DNA of 32,000 nucleotides from Methanosphaera stadtmanae DSM 3091 (GCF_000012545.1 NC_007681.1:270001-302000), one strand, 5' to 3'. Numbered from the stretch's first letter, positions 1 to 9,499 are shown. Numbers and translations are program-made. Notes: generated by a model not told the origin, from the sequence alone.

Positions 1-165
1 CAAAATAAAAAAATAAGACATAAATTAGATGAAGTTTTAAATTCTAATTCATGGAAATTAATGAATGGATTTAGAATGATAGGACTTTATAAGTCAGTTG
101 CTTTAGTTATTTTTATTCTTTTATTAATTATTTCTATTATGATTATTTTAATAATAAAATATTAA
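1..165 (+). CDS. 3' end of a truncated CDS (hypothetical; C-terminal membrane anchor)
   Basis: Frame 1 is open from base 1 to a TAA at 163-165. It translates to ...LDEVLNSNSWKLMNGFRMIGLYKSVALVIFILLLIISIMIILIIKY*, which has a hydrophobic C-terminal helix. The SxSWK/R motif before the tail recurs at the C-termini of polysaccharide-biosynthesis enzymes. The gene is cut by the window edge. Confidence 0.35.
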   Translation, partial: QNKKIRHKLDEVLNSNSWKLMNGFRMIGLYKSVALVIFILLLIISIMIILIIKY

Positions 166-203
166 TTAAATACAACAAACATATATTAAAAATCGTGATA
201 ATT

Positions 204-1517
204 ATGAAAATTGGGATTGTACTTGGAACTAGACCTGAAATAATTAAAATGGCGCCTGTAATTGATGAAATAAAAAGAAATAATTCTGAATTAGTTCTCA
301 TACACACAGGACAACATTATGATATTAACATGTCAAAACAATTTTTTATTGACCTGGATTTACCCTTACCTCAATATAATATTGGTATAGGCTCAAATAC
401 TGCTATTAAACAAATAAGTATCATCATATCAAAACTTGAAGAAATACTAAAAAAGGAAGAAGTTGACATAGTATTAGTTCAAGGAGACACAAATGCAGTA
501 TTAGCAGGAGCATTAGCTGCAAATAAACTTAAAATTCCTGTAGGACATGTGGAGGCAGGACTAAGATCATTTGATAAGAACATGCCCGAAGAAATAAATA
601 GATTGGTTGCAGATAGTTGTTCTACACTCTACTTTGTACCAACAAAGGAAACTGGAATAAATCTATTAAATGAGGGAATCAGTCATAAATCAATCTATGT
701 TACAGGTAATACTGTGGTAGATGCATGTAAAAGAAACATAAATCTTGCACTTAAAAATAGTAAGATAAAAGATGAAATAAAATTCAATAATTACATAGCA
801 CTAACACTACACAGAGCAGAAAATGTGGATGATGATGAAAGACTAATAAACATAGTTAATAGTCTTATTAATTTACCATATAACATAGTATTTCCAATAC
901 ACCCACATACAAGAAAATCTCTTGAAAAACTAGATTTATACAAGAAAATTGAAGAATCAGAACATATTCAAATAATAAAACCATTAGGATATCTTGACTT
1001 CCTATATTTAATATCACAAGCTACCCTAGCACTAACAGATTCTGGTGGAGTACAAGAAGAAGCAATAACACTTGATGTTCCATGTGTTACATTAAGATAT
1101 AATACAGAAAGACCAGAAACAATTACATGTGGTGGAAATGTACTTGCAGGAACAGAATCAGAGGAGATTACAAGAAATATTAGCAACATACTAAATAATG
1201 AATCAGTATATGAAAGTATGAGCAGTGCTAAAAATCCATATGGTGATGGAGACAGTGCAAAACAAATATATTCAATAATAGAAGAACATTACAATGAAAA
1301 CAACCTTAAAATAACTCGTGCAGATAAGATAATGGACTTTGAAGGATACTATATGTATGTTATTCAAGAGAATATTACAGTAGCAGAATATGAAAATAAA
1401 AATAAGGGACAAATCATTGAACAAGTATTTACTAATGGAAGGCCAGAATATATAGAAGAACAATTAAATCTAGAAAATAAAACAATTATAGTAAAAAAAT
1501 TTGAAAATGAAGATTAA
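204..1517 (+). CDS. wecB: UDP-N-acetylglucosamine 2-epimerase (non-hydrolysing) with a ~70-aa C-terminal extension
   Basis: MKIGIVLGTRPEIIKMAPV..., HTGQHYD, VQGDTN, HVEAGLRS, LTDSGGVQEEA and NPYGDG are classic WecB/MnaA signatures. I prefer the ATG at 204 over the GTG at 195 because the family normally starts MKI..GTRPE. Confidence 0.85.
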   Translation: MKIGIVLGTRPEIIKMAPVIDEIKRNNSELVLIHTGQHYDINMSKQFFIDLDLPLPQYNIGIGSNTAIKQISIIISKLEEILKKEEVDIVLVQGDTNAVLAGALAANKLKIPVGHVEAGLRSFDKNMPEEINRLVADSCSTLYFVPTKETGINLLNEGISHKSIYVTGNTVVDACKRNINLALKNSKIKDEIKFNNYIALTLHRAENVDDDERLINIVNSLINLPYNIVFPIHPHTRKSLEKLDLYKKIEESEHIQIIKPLGYLDFLYLISQATLALTDSGGVQEEAITLDVPCVTLRYNTERPETITCGGNVLAGTESEEITRNISNILNNESVYESMSSAKNPYGDGDSAKQIYSIIEEHYNENNLKITRADKIMDFEGYYMYVIQENITVAEYENKNKGQIIEQVFTNGRPEYIEEQLNLENKTIIVKKFENED

Positions 1518-1583
1518 ATACTTTCTTTTTTCATCTTTTAAAAAAACTATTAGATAATGTTGAAATATTATTAAGGATAATTA

Positions 1584-2753
1584 TTAAGACTTAGATTTAT
1601 TTTCAATATAATCTAATATATCTTCAGAGGATTTTTTTAAAGTAATACTTCTTTTCTTTTGTTTAGAACTTTGTTGTATTAAATATAAGTTATTATATTG
1701 ATTATTTAATTTTTTGAATAAAATATTTATGTCCTGGTTTATTTTGGATAAATTTTCAGTTTCTTCTTGAATCATTTTTAAATTTATAAATTCATATAAA
1801 GAATTTGATTTTAAAATTAAATTAAACTTTTGCAGAGTCATCATAGGTATTTTTTTCTTTATTTCATCATTTAGAAATTTCTTTTCTATTATTCTAAATT
1901 CAATTTTTGCTTTTTGAAAGTATTCCTCAGATGAGGCTGGTATTAAATAAGCAAGAATTTGATTTATTTTAAATAAAATGAATTCATCTATAAATTCTTC
2001 AAAAAGATTTTCTTTTCTTAAGATTTCTTCAACTAATTTACAGATTTTAAAAATAAATTTACCATGGATTGGATCATTTGAATTTGAATTAGGATTATAT
2101 CTATACCTATATAAGAATTTAGGTACGTATGATATTCTTTTTGCTCTTAACATACTTTTTACATGGAAGGGAACATCTTCAAAAGCAGGGACAGAATCAA
2201 ATATAAAATCATCATAACTATCTAGAAATTCTTTTCTATATAATTTAGTCCATGGTGCAAAAGATGCATTTAAAACATAGTATTTAGTATCATGGTAATT
2301 GAAAACAAAATTATTAAAATCCTTGTTAGGAAATATGTCTTCTAATTTAAAACCTGGTCTACTATAATCTATTTCATCTGTATCTTCTCTAAATCGAGCA
2401 ATTTTTAATAAAACAAAATCAGAATTATTTAATGTAATGTTTTCATATAATTCATATAGTGTATTTTCTACAATATAATCATCAGGATCAAAAAAATATA
2501 TGTAGTCTCCACTAGCCTCATTTAATCCAATATTTCTAGTAACTCCTGTACCTTCATTTTTTTTATCTATAATTTTGATTCTATTGTCTTTTTTAGCAAA
2601 TTTATTTAATATTTCTAAGGAATTATCTGTAGATCCATCATTTATGCAAATTACTTCAATATCTTTTAATGTTTGGTTGAGAACACTCTTAAGAGATTCT
2701 TCAAGAAAATTTGCTATGTTGTATATGGGAAGTATAACTGAAATTTTAACCAT
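1584..2753 (-). CDS. Family 2 glycosyltransferase with C-terminal coiled-coil tail
   Basis: MVKISVILPIYN...ESLKSVLNQTLKDIEVICINDGSTD...YIYFFDPDD is a GT2 (GT-A, DxD) signature. I prefer the start at 2753 (ATG preceded by GGTGA) over 2843. The longer ORF reads through the A17 tract as KKKKK. Confidence 0.85.
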   Translation of the reverse strand: MVKISVILPIYNIANFLEESLKSVLNQTLKDIEVICINDGSTDNSLEILNKFAKKDNRIKIIDKKNEGTGVTRNIGLNEASGDYIYFFDPDDYIVENTLYELYENITLNNSDFVLLKIARFREDTDEIDYSRPGFKLEDIFPNKDFNNFVFNYHDTKYYVLNASFAPWTKLYRKEFLDSYDDFIFDSVPAFEDVPFHVKSMLRAKRISYVPKFLYRYRYNPNSNSNDPIHGKFIFKICKLVEEILRKENLFEEFIDEFILFKINQILAYLIPASSEEYFQKAKIEFRIIEKKFLNDEIKKKIPMMTLQKFNLILKSNSLYEFINLKMIQEETENLSKINQDINILFKKLNNQYNNLYLIQQSSKQKKRSITLKKSSEDILDYIENKSKS

Positions 2754-2793
2754 AAATTCACCTATTCTGTATAGTTTTAGTTTACTACTTAAA

Positions 2794-2810
2794 TTTTTTT
2801 TTTTTTTTTT
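2794..2810. repeat. 17-nt homopolymer (T17 on +, A17 on the coding strand), ~41 nt upstream of the GT2 start codon
   Basis: Read directly from the sequence: aaa + 17 t + gaataaa at 2791-2817. It lies in the 122-bp gap between the stop of the 629-aa gene (2876) and the GT2 ATG (2753). Confidence 0.95.
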
Positions 2811-2875
2811 GAATAAATAATTAATGAAAAAATATAATATCAAAAAAATAATAATAGTTGTTAAATATCAATTAT

Positions 2876-4765
2876 TTATTTAAGAAATGTTAATTCTTTT
2901 AATAATTCTTTTTTAGTTTTTATATTATATTTATTATGTCTATTTGGTTTTCTACCTTCATAGAATCCATGACAAATGTAATGTGTTTCTGGATTTAAAA
3001 GTTTTAACCATTTTATCCGTGATAGGTCTTTGTTTTCACTTAGGTAATATCCTACATTGAACCATGGATTATTTTTTAAAAGAGAATATATTTCCAAATC
3101 CTGGTTTTTATCTGATGATTTAAGTAATATATACACATATGTAAAGAAATCATTAAATATTCGTTTTAAGATACTTGAATTATTTTTATAATAGGTTATT
3201 TCCATGTTTTTATCATTGATAATTTTCTTTTTTTCATCAAGGTCATTGAATGATTTTTTAAGTATTTCATGTATTTCTTCATTTTCTTTAATTATATTAT
3301 CAGATATTTTAGTCTTGTTTTTTATTTCATCATATTTTTTATTTAAATCAGAATATTTTTTATTTATCTTATTAACATTAAGTTTTTCTATTTCTGAACG
3401 ATTTAGCCAATATAATCTCTGTTTATATAATGTTTCAGAAACATTATTCAAAGAAGTTAATCTGGATTTAAAGTAATTTTCATAATCTTTATGTTTCATA
3501 TTAGTCTTATTTAGATAATCTTTTAAATCAGGAAGTTTATCTTGAATTATTTGATGTAATACATCTTCTGATGATTTATAATCATTTAAATATGATTTGT
3601 ATGGTAATTTGAATTTATCCATAGAACTATCTTCTTCACATATGGCCCAAATATCACTTCCACTACCTAAATAATCAGCTAGTTTTGAAGGTAAATATGG
3701 ATTAATTTTAAAATCTTTTTTTGTAGGAGTATCATTAACAATCAAAATATCTAGTTTTGTAGATAAATTTAGGAATTCCAGTAGAGATACTTGGTTGTTA
3801 ATAATAATACTTTCTGAAATGGATAAATCACTTATTAAATTTTTGATAAAGTTTGCATTTGATGTGAAAAAGTGAATTCTAATTCTCTTTTTAATTTTAG
3901 GATGTAATTTTTCAAAAGCATAAAACAGGTATTCTAAATGTCTTTTACCAACATATGTACCAAAATATCCAAAGTTTATAAAATTATTATCAATATTATA
4001 ATCAGATTCTTTCACATGATAATATTTTTTGGGTAGTATGGGGTGGTGTTTTACCTCGGATTTTTCCATTACAAAATTTTTTATATTATATGGAAACTCT
4101 GATAACATGATTTCTCGTTGATTATGGTTGGTAAATCTAATTTTATCTGCAAAGACATATGGTAAATATTCACCAAGTAAATATAATCCATCATCTGGGT
4201 TAATATGAGGTAAATCTTCTTTTAAATCAATGGATTTATTATTATTGATGGTATCAATCGTTTTGTTAATTTTTTCTAGAAATACTTGATTGTGTATAAC
4301 TGAATTTGATGGACGTACCTTATTATTTAAATCATAGAGTAATGGATCTGAAAATTCAGCAGTCCAACAAACATTTGGATGTTTTAATTTATATTCTAAT
4401 GCTAAAAAATGTGAATCAATAGTCCAAGATCTACTTGTAATATTTTTGTACTCATAGTCTACCTTCTCAATTTCAATCATGGCCTCTTTAGTAAATTGGA
4501 TTATATCATCTAATGCAATGGGAATAGCTGTTTTTTCTAAGTAAATTCTTTTATTTATATATTTTTCTATAAGATTATTGAAATCATAATCATATTTAAC
4601 ATTACTATTTAGTTTAATTTGAAAGGTATCTACTTTTTTATTAGCTTCCATAATTCTTTTAGATAGTACAATTCCACTAACATCATTCATAGGAGGAAAT
4701 CTAGATGTAATTATTAAATCTTCACAAATATTTGAGGTATTCTTTTCAGTATTTTTATTTTTCAT
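2876..4765 (-). CDS. Hypothetical protein, probably polysaccharide-biosynthesis associated (unknown N-terminal domain + coiled coil + NP..H...G..EGR tail motif)
   Basis: A 629-aa ORF packed 11 bp downstream of the double-GT2 gene on the same strand. The C-terminus, NPWFNVGYYLSENKDL...LNPETHYICHGFYEGRKPN, resembles a motif seen in glycan-modifying enzymes. I do not recognise a catalytic family. Confidence 0.6.
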   Translation of the reverse strand: MKNKNTEKNTSNICEDLIITSRFPPMNDVSGIVLSKRIMEANKKVDTFQIKLNSNVKYDYDFNNLIEKYINKRIYLEKTAIPIALDDIIQFTKEAMIEIEKVDYEYKNITSRSWTIDSHFLALEYKLKHPNVCWTAEFSDPLLYDLNNKVRPSNSVIHNQVFLEKINKTIDTINNNKSIDLKEDLPHINPDDGLYLLGEYLPYVFADKIRFTNHNQREIMLSEFPYNIKNFVMEKSEVKHHPILPKKYYHVKESDYNIDNNFINFGYFGTYVGKRHLEYLFYAFEKLHPKIKKRIRIHFFTSNANFIKNLISDLSISESIIINNQVSLLEFLNLSTKLDILIVNDTPTKKDFKINPYLPSKLADYLGSGSDIWAICEEDSSMDKFKLPYKSYLNDYKSSEDVLHQIIQDKLPDLKDYLNKTNMKHKDYENYFKSRLTSLNNVSETLYKQRLYWLNRSEIEKLNVNKINKKYSDLNKKYDEIKNKTKISDNIIKENEEIHEILKKSFNDLDEKKKIINDKNMEITYYKNNSSILKRIFNDFFTYVYILLKSSDKNQDLEIYSLLKNNPWFNVGYYLSENKDLSRIKWLKLLNPETHYICHGFYEGRKPNRHNKYNIKTKKELLKELTFLK

Positions 4766-4776
4766 ATTATCACAGT

Positions 4777-7524
4777 TTATTTTTCATCAGAATATTTTTC
4801 TAAGTAGTCTAATTCAACATAACTCCTTGATTTTAAGGTTCTTAAATAAAATAATTTGTTAGGTTCATTTAAATTATTTAACATAAGAGAATCAATTTTT
4901 TTATCTTCATGTAATTTTTGAAAATCATCATGCATTAAATCCCAAAAAGTATTTTTATATTTTTCTTCCATCATATGATACCATTGGGAGATATAATTTA
5001 TTTTATAATTAGTTAATTGGTATTTATACATATTAACTAAATTCAATTCTTTGAAAATACTAATTACTTTATTACTTATGGGTATTACATCAAAGTATTT
5101 ATTATCATATTCAGAAGTTATAGATGATGTATGTCTACTGCGTAAATAAAAATGTTTTTTTAATAACGACATTCTTTTAGCTTGCAACATCACACCCCAA
5201 AAGAAGGGATTATCTTCAAAAAGAAGTTTTTCAGCAAAGTGGACTTTTTTTACTAAACTTCTTTTATATATCTTCTGACATGCACTTATTGATATACTGA
5301 ATATAATGTTAGAAATATCTTCATGTGAGAAAACTTTATTTTCAAAATCATCAGGAATAGGTGTTAAATTGTAGTAACTATCCTCATAATATTCACCAGT
5401 TTCTTCTGAATAATTTTTCATTAAGAATAATAAAATGTCTAAATCATTTAATTTAACTTTTTTATATAATTCTTCACATGTATTTAAGTCTATCCAGTCA
5501 TCAGAATCAAGAAACATAATATATTCTCCAGTAGCCATTTTTATAGCTTTATTTCTAGCTACTCCGGGACCACTATTTTTTTGTGTAAAAAATTTAAATC
5601 TATGATCCTTATTTGCATATTTTCTAAATACATCTAAAGTATTATCTGTAGATCCATCATCAGCACAAATTATTTCAATATTTTTTAATGTTTGATTTTT
5701 TACACTATTTAAACATCTTTTTAGATATTCCTCTCTATTGTATGCACAGATAATGATGGATATTTTTGGTGTGTTAGATTTTTTATTTGAATTATTATTT
5801 TGCATCTGTTCAAATTCAATTTTTTTAAGTGTTATGTCTTCATCTATTTTAATTAATCTTTTTTCATACTCCTTTTGATTTTTTTCTAAATTATTTGTTA
5901 TTTTATTAAGATTATCAACGTATTTCACATGTTTTTGATCTATTTTTTCTTCCTGAACTTTTAATTTTTCTTGTAGTTGTATAATATTAGTTTCTTTATC
6001 TTCCAAGTGTTTAATTTTTTCATTCAGGAGTTCTTTTTCTGTTTCTAATTCCTTGAATTTTGTATTTATGGAACTTTCTTTTTTAATTAATTCTTTTTCT
6101 AGGTTATTGTATTTTTCTATTTTATTATCTAGTTTCTTTTCTTTATTGTCTAGGTTTTCTTGTAATTGTGTGATGCGTGTTTCTTTATCTTCCAAGTGTT
6201 TAATTTTTTCATTCAGGAGTTCTTTTTCTGTTTCTAATTCCTTGAATTTTGTATTTATGGAACTTTCTTTTTTAATTAATTCTTTTTCTAGGTTATTGTA
6301 TTTTTCTATTTTATTATCTAGTTTCTTTTCTTTATTGTCTAGGTTTTCTTGTAATTGTGTGATGCGTGTTTCTTTATCTTTTAAGTTTGCTTCTTTTATC
6401 TGTATAGTAATTTCCCTATTATTTTGATTTTTTTCATTTATTTTCATTTGTTTTTTCTCGTTATCTAGTTTTGTTTTTAGGTTATTTATTTTATTTTCCT
6501 TGTTATTTAATTTTTCAGTCCATTTACTTAGATTACCATTTATAAAATTGAGTTTTTGTTGTTTTTCATCTAGTTTTTCATTGATTTTAGTAAATGTCAT
6601 GTTTAAATTAAATTGGTTAAAATCTTGTGACTTAAGACAATTTTTATAGAATTTAAGATTTTCTTCATTTAATTCATGTAAAAAAGCATCACATAATTTT
6701 TTATTTTGACTTAAATTGATTAAATCTTCTTTCATTAAATTAAAATAATCATTTTTATCTTTAATTTTAGTATAACCTTTTTTTAAAAAGTATATTTTGA
6801 AATTAAGTAATAATTTTTTATAAGTATTGAACATATCATATTTTTTAAATATATTTAATATTAATGTGCTAATTTGAATCATATCTAGTAATTCATTAGA
6901 GGAATATTCAGATTTCATGTTTAATGCAGGTTCTCTTAATAGGATTGAAACATGTTTTGCTGTTAAAAAAGTCTCTAATAGAAATGGTTTGTCTTCGAAA
7001 GATAACATTGTTGGGAATCTTATTTTATATGTATCTAATAAATTCCTACGATATAAATTACCTTTTAAAGTATTACTTAAATAAAATATACTCTTATTCA
7101 TATCTTGAAAATTAAACACATTCTCACACATATTTTTAGATAAAGAATAATCCTTAATTTTTTCATAAGATACTGAAATTAATAGATCTAAATCTTCATT
7201 TTTTGCTTTTTTATAAAGTTTTTCCATAAAATTAAAATCTATATCATCTGTAGAATCTATAAAGGTAATGAAGTCTCCTTGAGCAATATTTAAACTTTTA
7301 TTTTTTAAAAATCCATGGGATCTATTTTTTTCTGAAATAATTTTTAAATAGGCACCGTCATTTTTACAAAAATTTTCTAGTATTTTATTTGTATTTTTAT
7401 CTATTTTATCATAAACAAATATGACTTCAATATTTTCTAATAATTGATTCTTTATATTTTTTAAATATTGCTCAATATTTTTTTCAGTAGTTATGGAGAT
7501 AATTAATGTTATTTTAGGATTCAT
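4777..7524 (-). CDS. Bifunctional double-GT2 glycosyltransferase with a long central coiled coil
   Basis: N-terminal GT2 module: ITLIISITTEKN...IEVIFVYDK...FITFIDSTDD. C-terminal GT2 module: ISIIICAYNREEYLKRCLNSVKNQTLKNIEIICADDGSTD...YIMFLDSDD. About 280 aa of K/E/N/L-rich heptad-like sequence separates them. Confidence 0.85.
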   Translation of the reverse strand: MNPKITLIISITTEKNIEQYLKNIKNQLLENIEVIFVYDKIDKNTNKILENFCKNDGAYLKIISEKNRSHGFLKNKSLNIAQGDFITFIDSTDDIDFNFMEKLYKKAKNEDLDLLISVSYEKIKDYSLSKNMCENVFNFQDMNKSIFYLSNTLKGNLYRRNLLDTYKIRFPTMLSFEDKPFLLETFLTAKHVSILLREPALNMKSEYSSNELLDMIQISTLILNIFKKYDMFNTYKKLLLNFKIYFLKKGYTKIKDKNDYFNLMKEDLINLSQNKKLCDAFLHELNEENLKFYKNCLKSQDFNQFNLNMTFTKINEKLDEKQQKLNFINGNLSKWTEKLNNKENKINNLKTKLDNEKKQMKINEKNQNNREITIQIKEANLKDKETRITQLQENLDNKEKKLDNKIEKYNNLEKELIKKESSINTKFKELETEKELLNEKIKHLEDKETRITQLQENLDNKEKKLDNKIEKYNNLEKELIKKESSINTKFKELETEKELLNEKIKHLEDKETNIIQLQEKLKVQEEKIDQKHVKYVDNLNKITNNLEKNQKEYEKRLIKIDEDITLKKIEFEQMQNNNSNKKSNTPKISIIICAYNREEYLKRCLNSVKNQTLKNIEIICADDGSTDNTLDVFRKYANKDHRFKFFTQKNSGPGVARNKAIKMATGEYIMFLDSDDWIDLNTCEELYKKVKLNDLDILLFLMKNYSEETGEYYEDSYYNLTPIPDDFENKVFSHEDISNIIFSISISACQKIYKRSLVKKVHFAEKLLFEDNPFFWGVMLQAKRMSLLKKHFYLRSRHTSSITSEYDNKYFDVIPISNKVISIFKELNLVNMYKYQLTNYKINYISQWYHMMEEKYKNTFWDLMHDDFQKLHEDKKIDSLMLNNLNEPNKLFYLRTLKSRSYVELDYLEKYSDEK
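5991..6380. repeat. Perfect 189-bp tandem duplication (2 copies + 12-bp start of a third), in frame inside the double-GT2 coiled coil
   Basis: 5991-6179 and 6180-6368 look identical base for base by eye (for example ttccaagtgtttaattttttcattcaggag at 6001 and 6190). They encode DKETRITQLQENLDNKEKKLDNKIEKYNNLEKELIKKESSINTKFKELETEKELLNEKIKHLE twice. Confidence 0.95.
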
Positions 7525-7718
7525 TATATTAAGCCTCTTATAAAAATATTTTCCTTTAAGTATATATAAAGGATTAAAACTTTAAAAAAACATGAATATG
7601 TACTTATATTTTTAAATATATGTATACAAATATTTTTTTAGTTTTATATTCTATTTTTAAAGTTTTTTTTTACATGAGAGTATAAATTATTTTTTTTAAT
7701 TAGTTTCATTAAATAGAA

Positions 7719-8969
7719 TCATATATTTTTTTTCATTATCTCACGTAGTACTGCTGTTGCATAGCAGCCACGTGGAATAAAAAATTCCACATCTATACCA
7801 TCACATGTTTTTGTAACAGAGGTATCTTCTATTTTAAATCTAAGTGATCTTCTAATACCATGACTTCCAAGTTTTGGTGTTTTTGGACATTTAAATGATT
7901 CTTTTGTAATATTTTCTTCTTCTATAATTCTTTTTTCAATTTCTCCTTGTTTTCCTTCAGCATATGGTACCTTTGATCCATATAATGGTCCTGTAGGATT
8001 TAGTGTAAACTTATTCATATCATCTTCTATTGTATCTTCATCTATTTCATGAACCCAACGTTCTTCTTCATTTATGATTATGTCTCCTGGAAGATACTTG
8101 TTTATTCCTATTTTTGAACGTTCATTTACTACTTTGTTAAATAGGTATGATTCATATGCATTTACAAACATTCTTTTTAAGGGTTTTGGTAGTGATTCTA
8201 TTGCTCTGATATAATCTTTTTCAGTAATTTCACCATGTTTTTCTTTTGATAGTATTAATTCTTTAAGCATGGATTTTTCATATCTCATACTTTTTGGCAT
8301 AAGATCATATGATTCTTGTAATTTTCCTTCATCATATAATTGTCTTGCTTCAAAGGGTTGATTATGTTCATTTTTATTAGGATTTCCTATATATGTATCA
8401 ACTGCTTTTTTAATATCTCCTTCTACAAGACATTTACCAACAAGATGGGTTGTACTTCTAACTTCACCAAAGCGTTGAAAACCATAAAAATTAGGAACAC
8501 CAGTAACTTTTAATGATTCAAGAACATCTTCAGCAATATCTTTATCTTCTACAGGATTGTTAGTATTTTTTATATGTATTTTGAATTTATTACCCTTAAG
8601 TTGTCCCATTCTAAGTTTTTTCTGGTTTTGTTTAATATCTAAAACTTTAACATTATGTAATACTTCTTCAAAATCAGGTAATTCTTCTGGTGTAATGTTA
8701 CTAATACAAAGCCATTGTCTTGTAATAGCAGAACGATCCTTCATCCCGGCAAAACCTGTACGTTTACGACTAATATGAAGATATTTTGCCATATCAAGCA
8801 CCACATCAAGTGTTGTTCTACCTTCTTTTTCTATTTGTATCCATGTATTTGAACCATTGCCTGTTGGTAATTGGAGAGGTACCTCTTCAACATAAAAATC
8901 CTTATTTTCATTACGTATTGTTCCACCAATACCTTTATTGTCTGTTATAAAATTCTTAGCATTTAACAT
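7719..8969 (-). CDS. truD: tRNA pseudouridine synthase D (TruD/Pus7 family)
   Basis: Contains FYVEE, GFAGMKDRSAITRQW (catalytic-Asp GxKD motif), NFYGFQRFG and CYATAVLREI. The 416-aa length fits archaeal TruD. Confidence 0.85.
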   Translation of the reverse strand: MLNAKNFITDNKGIGGTIRNENKDFYVEEVPLQLPTGNGSNTWIQIEKEGRTTLDVVLDMAKYLHISRKRTGFAGMKDRSAITRQWLCISNITPEELPDFEEVLHNVKVLDIKQNQKKLRMGQLKGNKFKIHIKNTNNPVEDKDIAEDVLESLKVTGVPNFYGFQRFGEVRSTTHLVGKCLVEGDIKKAVDTYIGNPNKNEHNQPFEARQLYDEGKLQESYDLMPKSMRYEKSMLKELILSKEKHGEITEKDYIRAIESLPKPLKRMFVNAYESYLFNKVVNERSKIGINKYLPGDIIINEEERWVHEIDEDTIEDDMNKFTLNPTGPLYGSKVPYAEGKQGEIEKRIIEEENITKESFKCPKTPKLGSHGIRRSLRFKIEDTSVTKTCDGIDVEFFIPRGCYATAVLREIMKKNI

Positions 8970-9052
8970 TTATTCCCATCCCTAAATTAAAATATAAAAA
9001 AAGAAAATAGGTAAAAATTACTTATTCAATACCAGTATTTTCTGTGGCTATA

Positions 9053-9499
9053 TTAATCCATACTTAGTTCTGTATTAGTATTTCCAGAGTCACCATCAGT
9101 TAATCCACCATTGCCTGAAGTATCAGGATTATTATTTTCATTATTATCAGTAGTAGGTGCATGATTATTATTCTGTGGATTATTATTCCAGTATTTATTA
9201 TTTGAATAACTATTATCTGCACTTGGAGATTTTCTATCATTTGCAGTAGATAATTGTTGATTACTATTATCTACTGGATTAGTAGTAGATTCAACTTCAG
9301 CATTGGTACTGTCTGTTATTTCATTTGTTTTATTAGTTGTATTATTATCTTCACTTAATAATGAAATTACATCATCATCAACCTTAATATTATCCTCAAC
9401 AAGACTTGGTATCATTCCATAAGTAGCCACAATAGATAATATTATAATTGATAATACAAGTAGTAGAACAGATAGTCTTTTATCTTTCATATTAATCAA
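9053..9499 (-). CDS. Small N-terminally anchored/secreted low-complexity (Asn/Thr/Asp-rich) protein
   Basis: MINMKDKRLSVLLLVLSIIILSIVATYG is a signal anchor. It is followed by N/T/S/D-rich low-complexity sequence. I recognise no family and see no clear RBS. Confidence 0.5.
   Translation of the reverse strand: MINMKDKRLSVLLLVLSIIILSIVATYGMIPSLVEDNIKVDDDVISLLSEDNNTTNKTNEITDSTNAEVESTTNPVDNSNQQLSTANDRKSPSADNSYSNNKYWNNNPQNNNHAPTTDNNENNNPDTSGNGGLTDGDSGNTNTELSMD

Noticed and set aside
2754-2843. N-terminal 30-aa extension of the GT2 ORF (MILYFFINYLFKKKKKNLSS...)
   Set aside because: The extension reads through the A17 tract as poly-Lys and has no RBS. The internal ATG at 2753 has a GGTGA RBS and gives the canonical GT2 N-terminus.
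5991-6380. Tandem repeats as a possible CRISPR array (also considered for 13914-14215)
   Set aside because: The units are directly adjacent with no unique spacers. They are 189 bp and 159 bp long, far longer than CRISPR repeats. They are also in frame within coding sequence.
6053-6427. 124-aa + strand ORF with an internal perfect repeat
   Set aside because: It is the antisense shadow of the coiled-coil region of the double-GT2 gene. Its repeat simply mirrors the 189-bp duplication.
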